NCBI GenBank assembly: GCA_964593285.1
Contig: CAZQHZ010000004.1
Location: 50,340-70,339, forward strand
Reading direction: 5' to 3'
Source of the DNA: an uncultured Methanosarcinales archaeon
Lineage (GTDB): Archaea; Nanobdellota; Nanobdellia; Woesearchaeales; DSVV01
Length of the DNA: 20,000 nucleotides
Part shown: positions 1-8,075 of the stretch, piece by piece
Position numbering within the stretch: the stretch's first letter is position 1
Layout: the number at the start of each line of letters is the position of its first letter
Translations under genes and position numbers: made by a program
Notes under the pieces: model-generated
Database searches by the model: none
Seen by the model: only the letters and a program-made list of their open reading frames with translations
Told to the model about the DNA's origin: nothing

Positions 1-1
1 A

Positions 2-430
2 ATTGAGGATACTTTTGATAAAAAAATTCTTGAAAATGAATTGGTTGAATTAATAAATAAAGTTTATGAAGATTTGAAAAATAGATATTTTAAAACATTG
101 AGTATTAAAATTAGATATTCAAATTTTAACACAATTACAAGGGATATAACACTAAAAACACCTGTTAATTCAAAAAAAATAATTATTGAAAATACACTAA
201 AACTTTTTAATGTATCTTATAGTAGTCAAAATAAAAAAATTACTAATACAAAAAATAATTATACTAATAATTACAATAGTATTAGTAATAATGTTACTAA
301 AAATTTTAATATTGTTAATGATGATAATACTACGAATAGTGGTTATAATAAAATAAGGCTTTTAGGAATAAAATTGAGTAATTTGATGAATGAAAAAGAA
401 ATTCAAACGAATTTGTTAGACTTTTTTTAA
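2..430 (+). CDS. dinB: DNA polymerase IV (Y-family), C-terminal little-finger region; 5' partial
   Basis: The frame is open from the window start (IEDTFDKK...). It shows IMS_C-type motifs FKTLSIKIRYSNFNTITR and IRLLGIKLSNL, and ends in a canonical PIP box, QTNLLDFF. Confidence 0.85.
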   Translation: MEDTFDKKILENELVELINKVYEDLKNRYFKTLSIKIRYSNFNTITRDITLKTPVNSKKIIIENTLKLFNVSYSSQNKKITNTKNNYTNNYNSISNNVTKNFNIVNDDNTTNSGYNKIRLLGIKLSNLMNEKEIQTNLLDFF

Positions 431-455
431 TTTATATTAAATTTTAATAATAATA

Positions 456-1286
456 TTAAAAAGGAATGAAACATAAAAGTCCTGTAATAATTAAAACAAT
501 TGAAATTATTTTTTGTAATAATTCTTGATTTATTTTATAGATAATTTTTGTTCCAACAAATGCACCTAAAATAACACCTGGGACTGCAAAGATTAAAATA
601 TCAAATGCTAAATATAAATCATTAATATTTGTTGTGAATAAATGGTAAAAGTGAGTTAAAGAAGTTGCTAATGTAGTAATTGCTATTATAAAAACAGTTG
701 TTGATACTATTGTTCTTAAATTAGAATTTGTTTTTTTAATTAAATTATATCCAAGTAATTCACCAAGACCTGCAGAAGTCATACCTAAAAATAAACTTCC
801 AATAGATGTATTAGCAATACATTTTTTTAAATCTTTTTCCTTTAATATAATTGATTTATCTGTTCTTTTAATACCAAATTTGATATCTGTAATTTTTTGA
901 CCCTTTTTAGTAATTGAAATAATATTTTTTAATAGTAATTTATAACCAATAAAAATTACAATAATTCCAAGCAAAATTCTAATAAAATATGGTGGAATGA
1001 TTGTTGATAAATAAGAACCAATTATTGCATATGGAATTGTTATTAATAAAAGAAAAATTCCTATATTATAATCTATTGTATTTTTTTTAATATATCTTAA
1101 AAGACCAGTAGTAAATCCAAAAAATTGAATCATTAAAGCTGATGCAATTGCAATATGGGGTTGTAATTTTAAAACTAAAATAAAAAAAGGAGAAAAAAAA
1201 GTTGCTCCACCAACTAAAGTTGACATTGCAATTGTTGCAATAATCATGCCTACTGGAAACATAAACCAATATTCAAAACTAACCAT
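456..1286 (-). CDS. Sulfite exporter TauE/SafE family membrane protein
   Basis: Multi-TM hydrophobic protein with VGGATFFSP, AGLGEL and PGVILGAFVG motifs. The ATG at 1286 is preferred over the TTG at 1301. Confidence 0.85.
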   Translation of the reverse strand: MVSFEYWFMFPVGMIIATIAMSTLVGGATFFSPFFILVLKLQPHIAIASALMIQFFGFTTGLLRYIKKNTIDYNIGIFLLLITIPYAIIGSYLSTIIPPYFIRILLGIIVIFIGYKLLLKNIISITKKGQKITDIKFGIKRTDKSIILKEKDLKKCIANTSIGSLFLGMTSAGLGELLGYNLIKKTNSNLRTIVSTTVFIIAITTLATSLTHFYHLFTTNINDLYLAFDILIFAVPGVILGAFVGTKIIYKINQELLQKIISIVLIITGLLCFIPF

Positions 1287-1439
1287 AAATTGTAATAACA
1301 AGGCTACATTTAAATAATTTTTTCAAAAAATGATGTTATTTTAAAATAGTAAAACAAAAAATTTATTAATTATTAATTAAATTTATTTTATTTAAGGTGG
1401 GAAAATATTTGGTAATTTATTTAATATCAATAATTTAAA

Positions 1440-3221
1440 ATGGAAAATGAAAATAATAGTACTGGATTTGAAAAAAATACTGATCTTGAAACAATACTTA
1501 AAATAAATTTTCCAGAAAATGTAATTCATGGAACTTTTCTTTGCGATATAAATCAAAATACAATTTTTATAAATGATGAATTTTCTAAAATTACAGGATA
1601 TAGTAAAGAAGAAATAATAGGAAAAAAAATATTAAATGAAAATTTATGGTTTAAAAAAGAAGATAGAAAAGAATATTTAAAAATACTTGATGAATTTGGA
1701 CGAGTAGATAAAGCAGTGGGTTATTTTAAAAAAAAAGATGATAAAATAATTCCAGTAACAATTTCTAGCACTTTTAATAAAACAAAAAAAAATGAAACAC
1801 TAGGCTATCAAGGGATTTTACAGGATTATAGTGAAATTTTAAATAATTTTTTTAAAATACAACTAGATAGATTAATGGAAAAACAAATCAATATTTTAGA
1901 TACTTTTACTTCAACAGATAATTTAGATGAATTAATTAAAGAAACAAATTATTGGCTTTCAAAAATTTTTTATGCAAAATCAAGTTCTATTTTTTTATAT
2001 GATTATGAACATAATAATTTTTTTTTAAAAAATGAAAATTATAAAAGGCTTGATGAAAAATTAATAATTAAACACGATAAAAATTCAAGAACGCCAATTA
2101 ATTATGCCATTAGAATGAACAAACCCTTAGTTGTATTAAATGGAAAAGCTTTAGTAAAAGAAAATAGAGAATCCATTGTTGAAAAGTCTAGAAAAATAAT
2201 TAAGTCAAATGAATCATATGAAAATATAATTTTAAAATCTCTTTTAAATGAAACTAATGAGAGTAATTATAAAATTTTAAAATTAGATGATTTATCACTT
2301 GAATTAAATGGTAATGAATATTATGAAAAACCAGAAAATTTTATTATAATACCACATGTTATAAAACAGCCAATTAATAAATTAACAGGTGTTATATGTT
2401 TATCAAATATTAATTCAAATGAAATATTTACATATATAAATCAACTTGAAAATAATCCAAAAGGAATTGGTAGTGCTAAAAAATTTGCACAAGAATTTTT
2501 TGTTGATGAGTCATATCAAAATAGCATTCATAATTTTTTTTTGAAAATGGCAAATCGAGTAGCGACAAATATTGGAACAAAAATTAAATCTGCTCAAAAT
2601 TATTCTATAATATTGGATCAATCAGAGCGAGATCATTTAACAGGACTTTATAATCAACGAAAAATGCATGAAATATTATCAAAAGATTTCAACAAAGTTA
2701 AAAAACACAATAATATAAAATGTGAAAAAAGAAAAGGTATTAAAAAAGATTTATCTTTAATCATGCTTGATTTAGATGATTTTAAAGAAATAAATGATAG
2801 GTATGGTCATGATATTGGCGATTTAACTTTGAAAAAAATAGGGAATAGACTTTATGAATGTGTTAGAGATGATGATTATATATTTAGATACGGTGGAGAA
2901 GAATTTTTAATTTCATTATATAATGCAGATTTAAATGTTAGTAAAAAAATATCTAAAAGACTATTAGATACAATTTCTAAATATGTTTCATTAGACATAA
3001 AAAAAGATTTATTAAATAAATGTGTTGATGAAAAAAAATTAGATGAGTTAATTCCAAGACAAATAACTGCAAGTATTGGAATTTCTAATTATAATGAAAA
3101 TAAAGTAAAAACATATCAAGAATTAATAAAAAATGCAGATCTTGCTTTATATAATTCTAAAAAATGTGGTAAAAATAGGTTTTGTTGTTATGATAAAACT
3201 TTGGTAGAAAAATTAAAATAA
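1440..3221 (+). CDS. PAS-GAF-GGDEF diguanylate cyclase (soluble)
   Basis: PAS: INDEFSKITGYSKEEIIGK. GAF-like middle region: SSSIFLYD...FIIIP...LTGVICLSN...MANRVA. GGDEF: DHLTGLYN, DLDDFKEINDRYGHDIGD, RDDDYIFRYGGEEF, TASIGIS, ADLALYNSKKCGKN. Confidence 0.95.
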   Translation: MENENNSTGFEKNTDLETILKINFPENVIHGTFLCDINQNTIFINDEFSKITGYSKEEIIGKKILNENLWFKKEDRKEYLKILDEFGRVDKAVGYFKKKDDKIIPVTISSTFNKTKKNETLGYQGILQDYSEILNNFFKIQLDRLMEKQINILDTFTSTDNLDELIKETNYWLSKIFYAKSSSIFLYDYEHNNFFLKNENYKRLDEKLIIKHDKNSRTPINYAIRMNKPLVVLNGKALVKENRESIVEKSRKIIKSNESYENIILKSLLNETNESNYKILKLDDLSLELNGNEYYEKPENFIIIPHVIKQPINKLTGVICLSNINSNEIFTYINQLENNPKGIGSAKKFAQEFFVDESYQNSIHNFFLKMANRVATNIGTKIKSAQNYSIILDQSERDHLTGLYNQRKMHEILSKDFNKVKKHNNIKCEKRKGIKKDLSLIMLDLDDFKEINDRYGHDIGDLTLKKIGNRLYECVRDDDYIFRYGGEEFLISLYNADLNVSKKISKRLLDTISKYVSLDIKKDLLNKCVDEKKLDELIPRQITASIGISNYNENKVKTYQELIKNADLALYNSKKCGKNRFCCYDKTLVEKLK

Positions 3222-3222
3222 A

Positions 3223-3927
3223 TTATATTTTATAAACATATAAGATATCATTTTTATTTTCTTTATCACTTAATATATCAAAGGTTGCGATAGGTTTTAT
3301 TTTTGAATATGGATTCATTATTTTTGCAGTTGGATTTTTATCACCATTAACACTTAATAGATAACCATTTTTAGATACTGCATAGGGTTTTGAAGCACAG
3401 CCACATGATAAAACAACTTGTAAATCAACCTTTTTGATTCCATCATCATATAATGATTTATATTCATTGTCCCTACAAATTTCAATTCCGCAAGTTTTTA
3501 TATTTTTAAAATTTAAATCAAAAATTCCTGTTTTTTCTCCTTTAAAAAATTTTTTTTTAACATCATAATTAAAATGATCATCTTCACCATAATCTTTCCT
3601 TGCACAAAGATTTTTTTTATCATATTCAAAAATAATTTCTCCATTTAGTGCAACATGGGCTCTATTATGGGTTATATATTTATTGTTTTCTTTTTCTCCT
3701 AAAATAAAACTAGTTCCAGGTATTAACAATAAATCTTTTTTTAATTTACTCAAAGATTTAATCTCATCTACTGAAATATTTGTATATTCTGATGAAACAA
3801 GCATGTCAAGATTAATTGTTTTATTCGAAGAATTTTTCAATTCGTTTGTTAAAATTTTATGAATACCTTTACTTGCATTGGTATTTTTTTTCCCAAATGT
3901 TTGATAAGCATAAAGTCCTATGTACAT
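3223..3927 (-). CDS. Carbon-nitrogen hydrolase (nitrilase superfamily), divergent
   Basis: Putative E-K-C triad in the motifs DMLVSSEY, YDKKNL and GIEICRD. Confidence 0.75.
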   Translation of the reverse strand: MYIGLYAYQTFGKKNTNASKGIHKILTNELKNSSNKTINLDMLVSSEYTNISVDEIKSLSKLKKDLLLIPGTSFILGEKENNKYITHNRAHVALNGEIIFEYDKKNLCARKDYGEDDHFNYDVKKKFFKGEKTGIFDLNFKNIKTCGIEICRDNEYKSLYDDGIKKVDLQVVLSCGCASKPYAVSKNGYLLSVNGDKNPTAKIMNPYSKIKPIATFDILSDKENKNDILYVYKI

Positions 3928-4049
3928 AATTAACTTTTAGTATAAGTAGTATTTAAAGTTTTTGATTTTTACTACTTTTTAGTAATTTAATTTAGAATTA
4001 GTTGGTGAAATGATAAAATTATTATATAAAGACGAAATATTCTATAAAA

Positions 4050-4712
4050 ATGACGATTAAAGAAAATTTGGATTTTATTAATAAACAAATTAGAGAAACT
4101 TGCGTTATTTCTGATAGAAATTATGATGATGTTAAATTAATAGCAGTTACAAAATCTGCATCAATTGATAAAATAAATGAATTAATTAAATGTGGTGTTA
4201 AAAGAATTGCCGAATCAAGAGTTAAACGAGCAAAAGAAATTTTTGAAAATTTATCGTCTAATTTTGGATATGATATTGAAAAGCATATGATTGGGCATTT
4301 ACAATCAAATAAAGTTAAAACTGCTGTTGAAATTTTTGATGTAATACAAAGTGTTGATTCATTAAAATTAGCAAATAAAATTAACAAAACCGCATTTGAA
4401 ATGCAAAAAGTGATTAAAATTATGCTACAAGTAAATATTTCAAATGAGAAGCAAAAGTTTGGTTTTAATAGTGAAGAAATATTTGAAATTTATAAAAAAA
4501 TGCTTAAATTTACTAATTTAAAGATAATTGGAATAATGGCTATGGCACCTTTTACTAAAAAAGAAAATACTAGAAAATATTTTAGTGAAGCAAAAAAAAT
4601 ATTTGATGAATTAAAATTAAAGGAATTATCCATTGGTATGAGTAATGATTTTGATATTGCAATAGAGGAAGGTGCAACTATGATTCGAGTTGGACGAATG
4701 ATATTTAATTAA
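4050..4712 (+). CDS. yggS: PLP homeostasis protein YggS/PLPBP
   Basis: Motifs LIAVTK (PLP Lys), HMIGHLQSNK, IQSVDS, QVNIS..QKFG, GIMAMAP and LSIGMSNDFDIAIEEGATMIRVG. Confidence 0.95.
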   Translation: MTIKENLDFINKQIRETCVISDRNYDDVKLIAVTKSASIDKINELIKCGVKRIAESRVKRAKEIFENLSSNFGYDIEKHMIGHLQSNKVKTAVEIFDVIQSVDSLKLANKINKTAFEMQKVIKIMLQVNISNEKQKFGFNSEEIFEIYKKMLKFTNLKIIGIMAMAPFTKKENTRKYFSEAKKIFDELKLKELSIGMSNDFDIAIEEGATMIRVGRMIFN

Positions 4713-4715
4713 TTT

Positions 4716-5561
4716 TTATTTTAGATTTATTCTATTTATACTACGTGAAATAATATTTATATCTAAAACATGAGGATTTAATGAATTATTGTGATTTCCT
4801 GGGGCTGTAGAAATAGTGTCTTTAATTCTGTCAATAAAATTACCACTTTTTTCAACTGTTTCATGAATGTGACCATGTAGCGTTAAATAAGGTTGATAAT
4901 TTTCAATAGCCATTCTAATTGCAAGACTTCCAATATGTTCATTTGAGTATGCTAAATCTAAGTTAGTATTATAAGGAGGAGAGTGAAAAACATAAATTGT
5001 TTTTTGTGGTTTTGATAAATTAAATAATTCTTTCATGTCATTTTCTATTGAATCTTCATCAGTGTAATTAAAAATTTTAGATTCATACCTCATATTTACT
5101 GTAGTAACACCAGTTAATAAAATTTCTTTTTTTGTATCAAAAATATTTCTTAATTTTATGTTTTCTAAATCCCATTTTTCAAAATCTTTTAATTTAAATG
5201 GGCTAATAGGCACATAAGGGTAGCCTGCAATAGAGAAGTTATTATCTAATTTTATAACTTTATTTATAATAATATTAAATAAATCATCATCATATTTATT
5301 AAAAATATCCATAATTCCAGCATAATCTTCATTACCTGGGATTAAAAAAATTTTAATTTTTCTATTAATTTTTTTTAATTCTTTAAGATTTGGAATAAAA
5401 AAGGTTTCAAGAAAATCACGTTGTTCATTCATACTTTTAGTTAAGCCTTTTTGGCAAATATCACCGCCAAATACTAAATAATCAAAATTTTTAGCATAAT
5501 TAAAAATTTTATTATATTGAAAAGTATTTCCATGAATATCTGCACAAAATAGTAATCTCAT
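4716..5561 (-). CDS. Calcineurin-like metallophosphoesterase (Icc-related), 281 aa
   Basis: Motifs ADIHG, GGDI, PGNED, FHSPP and HGHIHE. The start is moved to ATG 5561 (MRLLFCAD), which follows an SD-like AGAGGTG. The 41-aa extension in the ORF track overlaps a divergent gene and its promoter. Confidence 0.9.
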   Translation of the reverse strand: MRLLFCADIHGNTFQYNKIFNYAKNFDYLVFGGDICQKGLTKSMNEQRDFLETFFIPNLKELKKINRKIKIFLIPGNEDYAGIMDIFNKYDDDLFNIIINKVIKLDNNFSIAGYPYVPISPFKLKDFEKWDLENIKLRNIFDTKKEILLTGVTTVNMRYESKIFNYTDEDSIENDMKELFNLSKPQKTIYVFHSPPYNTNLDLAYSNEHIGSLAIRMAIENYQPYLTLHGHIHETVEKSGNFIDRIKDTISTAPGNHNNSLNPHVLDINIISRSINRINLK

Positions 5562-5648
5562 AAAAAATACACCTCTTTTTATATATATTTTATTTATTTT
5601 TATTTTAAATAAATAAATATTTATATAAATGTTGTTTTTTAACAAAAT

Positions 5649-5804
5649 ATGAAATGTGATATTTGTGGTAAAAAAATAGAACAAAATTTCCTTGATAAAT
5701 TTTTTGGAACTTATGTTAAAAATTCAAAAAATAAAAAAAAAATAATTTGCAATCAATGTCAAAAAAATTTATCAAAAGAAGAAATTTTAGAAAAAATAAA
5801 TTAA
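5649..5804 (+). CDS. Small Zn-finger protein, 51 aa (not in ORF track)
   Basis: Hand translation gives MKCDICGKKIEQNFLDKFFGTYVKNSKNKKKIICNQCQKNLSKEEILEKIN*, with two CxxC motifs. TTTATATA lies about 21 nt upstream. Confidence 0.8.
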   Translation: MKCDICGKKIEQNFLDKFFGTYVKNSKNKKKIICNQCQKNLSKEEILEKIN

Positions 5805-5908
5805 GCCCTTGTAGCATAGAAGCCATTGCGGCAGATTAAGTATAATTTGTTTAACTTAAGTCGAATTTCGTAAACTGCAGGTCGTGAGTGCAATTCTCAC
5901 CAAGGGCT
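5805..5908 (+). tRNA. tRNA-Thr(CGT) with 31-nt non-canonical intron at 30/31 (5835-5865)
   Basis: Acceptor stem GCCCTTG/CAAGGGC with discriminator T. T-stem GTGAG/CTCAC. After intron removal the anticodon arm reads GCAGT-TT CGT AA-ACTGC. A BHB-like splice motif is present. Confidence 0.9.
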
Positions 5909-5940
5909 TTTCTAATAATTAATAAAAAATAAATTTTCAA

Positions 5941-6774
5941 ATGCAATCTGAAAACATAAAGGAAAAAATTGTGAATTCAAAAAAAATAATTTCAAGTTTT
6001 ATTAATCATAAACATATTTTTTTAAAATCAAGAGGAAATTGTGCAATTTTAGATTCATTAAATTATGTTACGAAAATTAGTAAAAAAAAGAATATTTTAA
6101 TACAAGATCAAGGTGGGTGGCTTACTTATAAAAAATATCCAAAAAAATGTGATTTAAAAGTTTTAGAGTTAAAAACAGATTATGGGATTATTAATTTAAA
6201 TGAATTAGAAAAAAAAGCAAAAATTGCGGCTGCAATACTTTATCAAAATCCTGCTGGGTATATTGCAAATCAGCCTATTAAAGAGATTTATGAAATTTGT
6301 AAAAAAAATAATTGTAAAGTTATATTAGATGTTACAGGCTGCATTGGTGATAAAAATTTATGTAATGGGTTATATGCTGATGTTATTGTTTCAAGTTTTG
6401 GTACTGGAAAAATTGTTAATTTAGGTTATGGAGGATTTATTTCGTTTTTAACAGAAAATAAATTTGATATTTTAGAAGATTTTGACAGTAAATATTTCGA
6501 AGAATTAGTTGATAAATTAAATAATGCAAAAAATCGGCTTGATAAATTGTATAAATTGTCTATAAATGTAAAAAAAGATTTAAAAAAATTAAATTTAAAT
6601 ATAGTTCATCATGAAAAAATTGGAATAAATGTTGTTGTATTGTTTAATAATATATTTGAAAAAGAAAAAATATTAAATTATTGTAAAAATAAAAATTTTG
6701 AATATACAATTTGCCCAAGATATATAAGAATTTTAGATGATGCAATTTCTATTGAATTAAAACGTATTTTGTAA
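5941..6774 (+). CDS. PLP-dependent fold-type I enzyme, DegT/DnrJ-like, short form
   Basis: Motifs YQNPAGY, EICKKNNCKVILDVTGCIG and VSSFGTGKIVNLGYGGFI (PLP-Lys motif). Confidence 0.75.
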   Translation: MQSENIKEKIVNSKKIISSFINHKHIFLKSRGNCAILDSLNYVTKISKKKNILIQDQGGWLTYKKYPKKCDLKVLELKTDYGIINLNELEKKAKIAAAILYQNPAGYIANQPIKEIYEICKKNNCKVILDVTGCIGDKNLCNGLYADVIVSSFGTGKIVNLGYGGFISFLTENKFDILEDFDSKYFEELVDKLNNAKNRLDKLYKLSINVKKDLKKLNLNIVHHEKIGINVVVLFNNIFEKEKILNYCKNKNFEYTICPRYIRILDDAISIELKRIL

Positions 6775-6796
6775 ATTTTTTTGGCATATAAATTTT

Positions 6797-6988
6797 TTAT
6801 TCTTTTGAATCAAGATTATGTCCAATTAAACTTAATAAAGAAGTGATACCTATTACAAACAATCCTGTATTTTTATAAAAATAGCCCAAAGTAATTCCTG
6901 ATGCTGCACCAATTATGCAAAAAGTAATTAAAAATTTATTTCGTTTTAATAAATTTAAAAATTTATTTTCTTTTTTTTTATAGTACAT
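6797..6988 (-). CDS. Small two-TM membrane protein, hypothetical
   Basis: 63-aa ORF with a basic N-terminus and two hydrophobic segments. A TATA-like TTATAAA lies about 22 nt upstream. Confidence 0.6.
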   Translation of the reverse strand: MYYKKKENKFLNLLKRNKFLITFCIIGAASGITLGYFYKNTGLFVIGITSLLSLIGHNLDSKE

Positions 6989-7114
6989 ATAAAAATTAAT
7001 ATATTAATCATTTATAAGTTTTTTGAAAAATAAAATTACTATTTTTGAGTGTTTTTTAAAAATAAAAACAAAAAACATTTAAATGGTTTGATTTTTCTGA
7101 CAAATTGATTAAAT

Positions 7115-7495
7115 ATGGGAATTTCACAAGCAAAATCAAAAAGAAGTCCAACAGGAAAAAGATTAAACGATTATCGGAAAAAAAAACAATTTGAAACCGG
7201 TAAGTTACCAGTTTTAACAAAAATTGGACAAACTAAAAAAAAAATAACCAGAACAATTGGTGGAAATAGCAAAGAAATGCTTTTAAATGCAGAATTTGTT
7301 AATGTTTTAGATCCAAAAAATAAAACATCTAGTAAAACTAAATTGTTAAATGTTTTAGAAAATGAAGCTAATAGAAACTTTATTAGAAGAAATATTTTAA
7401 CAAAAGGAACAATTGTTAAAACAGAAAAAGGAAAAGTTAAAATAACTAATAGACCAGGTCAAGAAGGAACAGTTAATGGTATTTTAGTTGAATAA
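7115..7495 (+). CDS. rps8e: 30S ribosomal protein S8e
   Basis: Motifs SKRSPTGKR, RTIGGN, NRNFIRRNILTKGTIV and ITNRPGQEGTVNGIL. Confidence 0.97.
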   Translation: MGISQAKSKRSPTGKRLNDYRKKKQFETGKLPVLTKIGQTKKKITRTIGGNSKEMLLNAEFVNVLDPKNKTSSKTKLLNVLENEANRNFIRRNILTKGTIVKTEKGKVKITNRPGQEGTVNGILVE

Positions 7496-7497
7496 AA

Positions 7498-7947
7498 TTA
7501 AATTATTTCTTTTTTTAAATCATTTAATATAATATTTCTTCCAATCAATTTAATATTTTTGTTATTTATTGTTATTTTTTTAAAAAATTTAGTTTTAACA
7601 ATTAAATAATCTATTTCTTTATTTTCATCAATCATTGCTACATTGACTATTTTTCCAATATAGTCTCCTTTTCTATCAAATACTAATAAACCTAAATATT
7701 TTGTTTTTGGAGTGTGAGAAATGAAAACCGTGTCAATTCCAAAATTTATTATTAGATTAATACCAACAAAAAGCGTTGCTTTTAAAAAACCAGTATCTAT
7801 GCTCATTCCAATTATTTTTTTCTTTTTTTTGTCTATGTGAAGTTTAGTTATAATACCAATTAAATTTCCTTTTGAATCGATAACATCTTTACCTAATATA
7901 TCATCTGAAGTTATTATAAATTTATCAAATAATTCTTTTTCTTCCAT
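7498..7947 (-). CDS. Tandem PRC-barrel domain protein
   Basis: Two repeats: DILGKDVIDSKGNLIGII...GIDTVFI and YLGLLVFDRKGDYIGKIVNV...IGRNIIL. Confidence 0.85.
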   Translation of the reverse strand: MEEKELFDKFIITSDDILGKDVIDSKGNLIGIITKLHIDKKKKKIIGMSIDTGFLKATLFVGINLIINFGIDTVFISHTPKTKYLGLLVFDRKGDYIGKIVNVAMIDENKEIDYLIVKTKFFKKITINNKNIKLIGRNIILNDLKKEII

Positions 7948-8075
7948 TATTTAATTAAATTTTATCTATAATATAAATTTTTTGATTGTTATTTTCTAAA
8001 TAATTAAAAAAATTACTAATTTTAATTAGTTTTTACAAAAAATATTAAAATAAATTGTAAAACCTCTTAGTTTGT

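Noticed and set aside
1087..1269. 60-aa ORF inside the TauE gene
   Set aside because: Alternative frame within a well-supported CDS, with no motifs.
1302..1439. Possible c-di-GMP riboswitch or leader peptide upstream of the cyclase (SD-like AGGTGG at about 1395)
   Set aside because: The region is almost purely A/T with no GEMM-like stems. The TTG micro-ORF is 9 codons and out of frame.
4121..4387. 88-aa minus-strand ORF
   Set aside because: Antisense shadow of yggS.
5562..5684. 41-aa N-terminal extension of the metallophosphoesterase
   Set aside because: Low-complexity promoter DNA that overlaps the divergent Zn-finger gene. The SD and domain start support ATG 5561.
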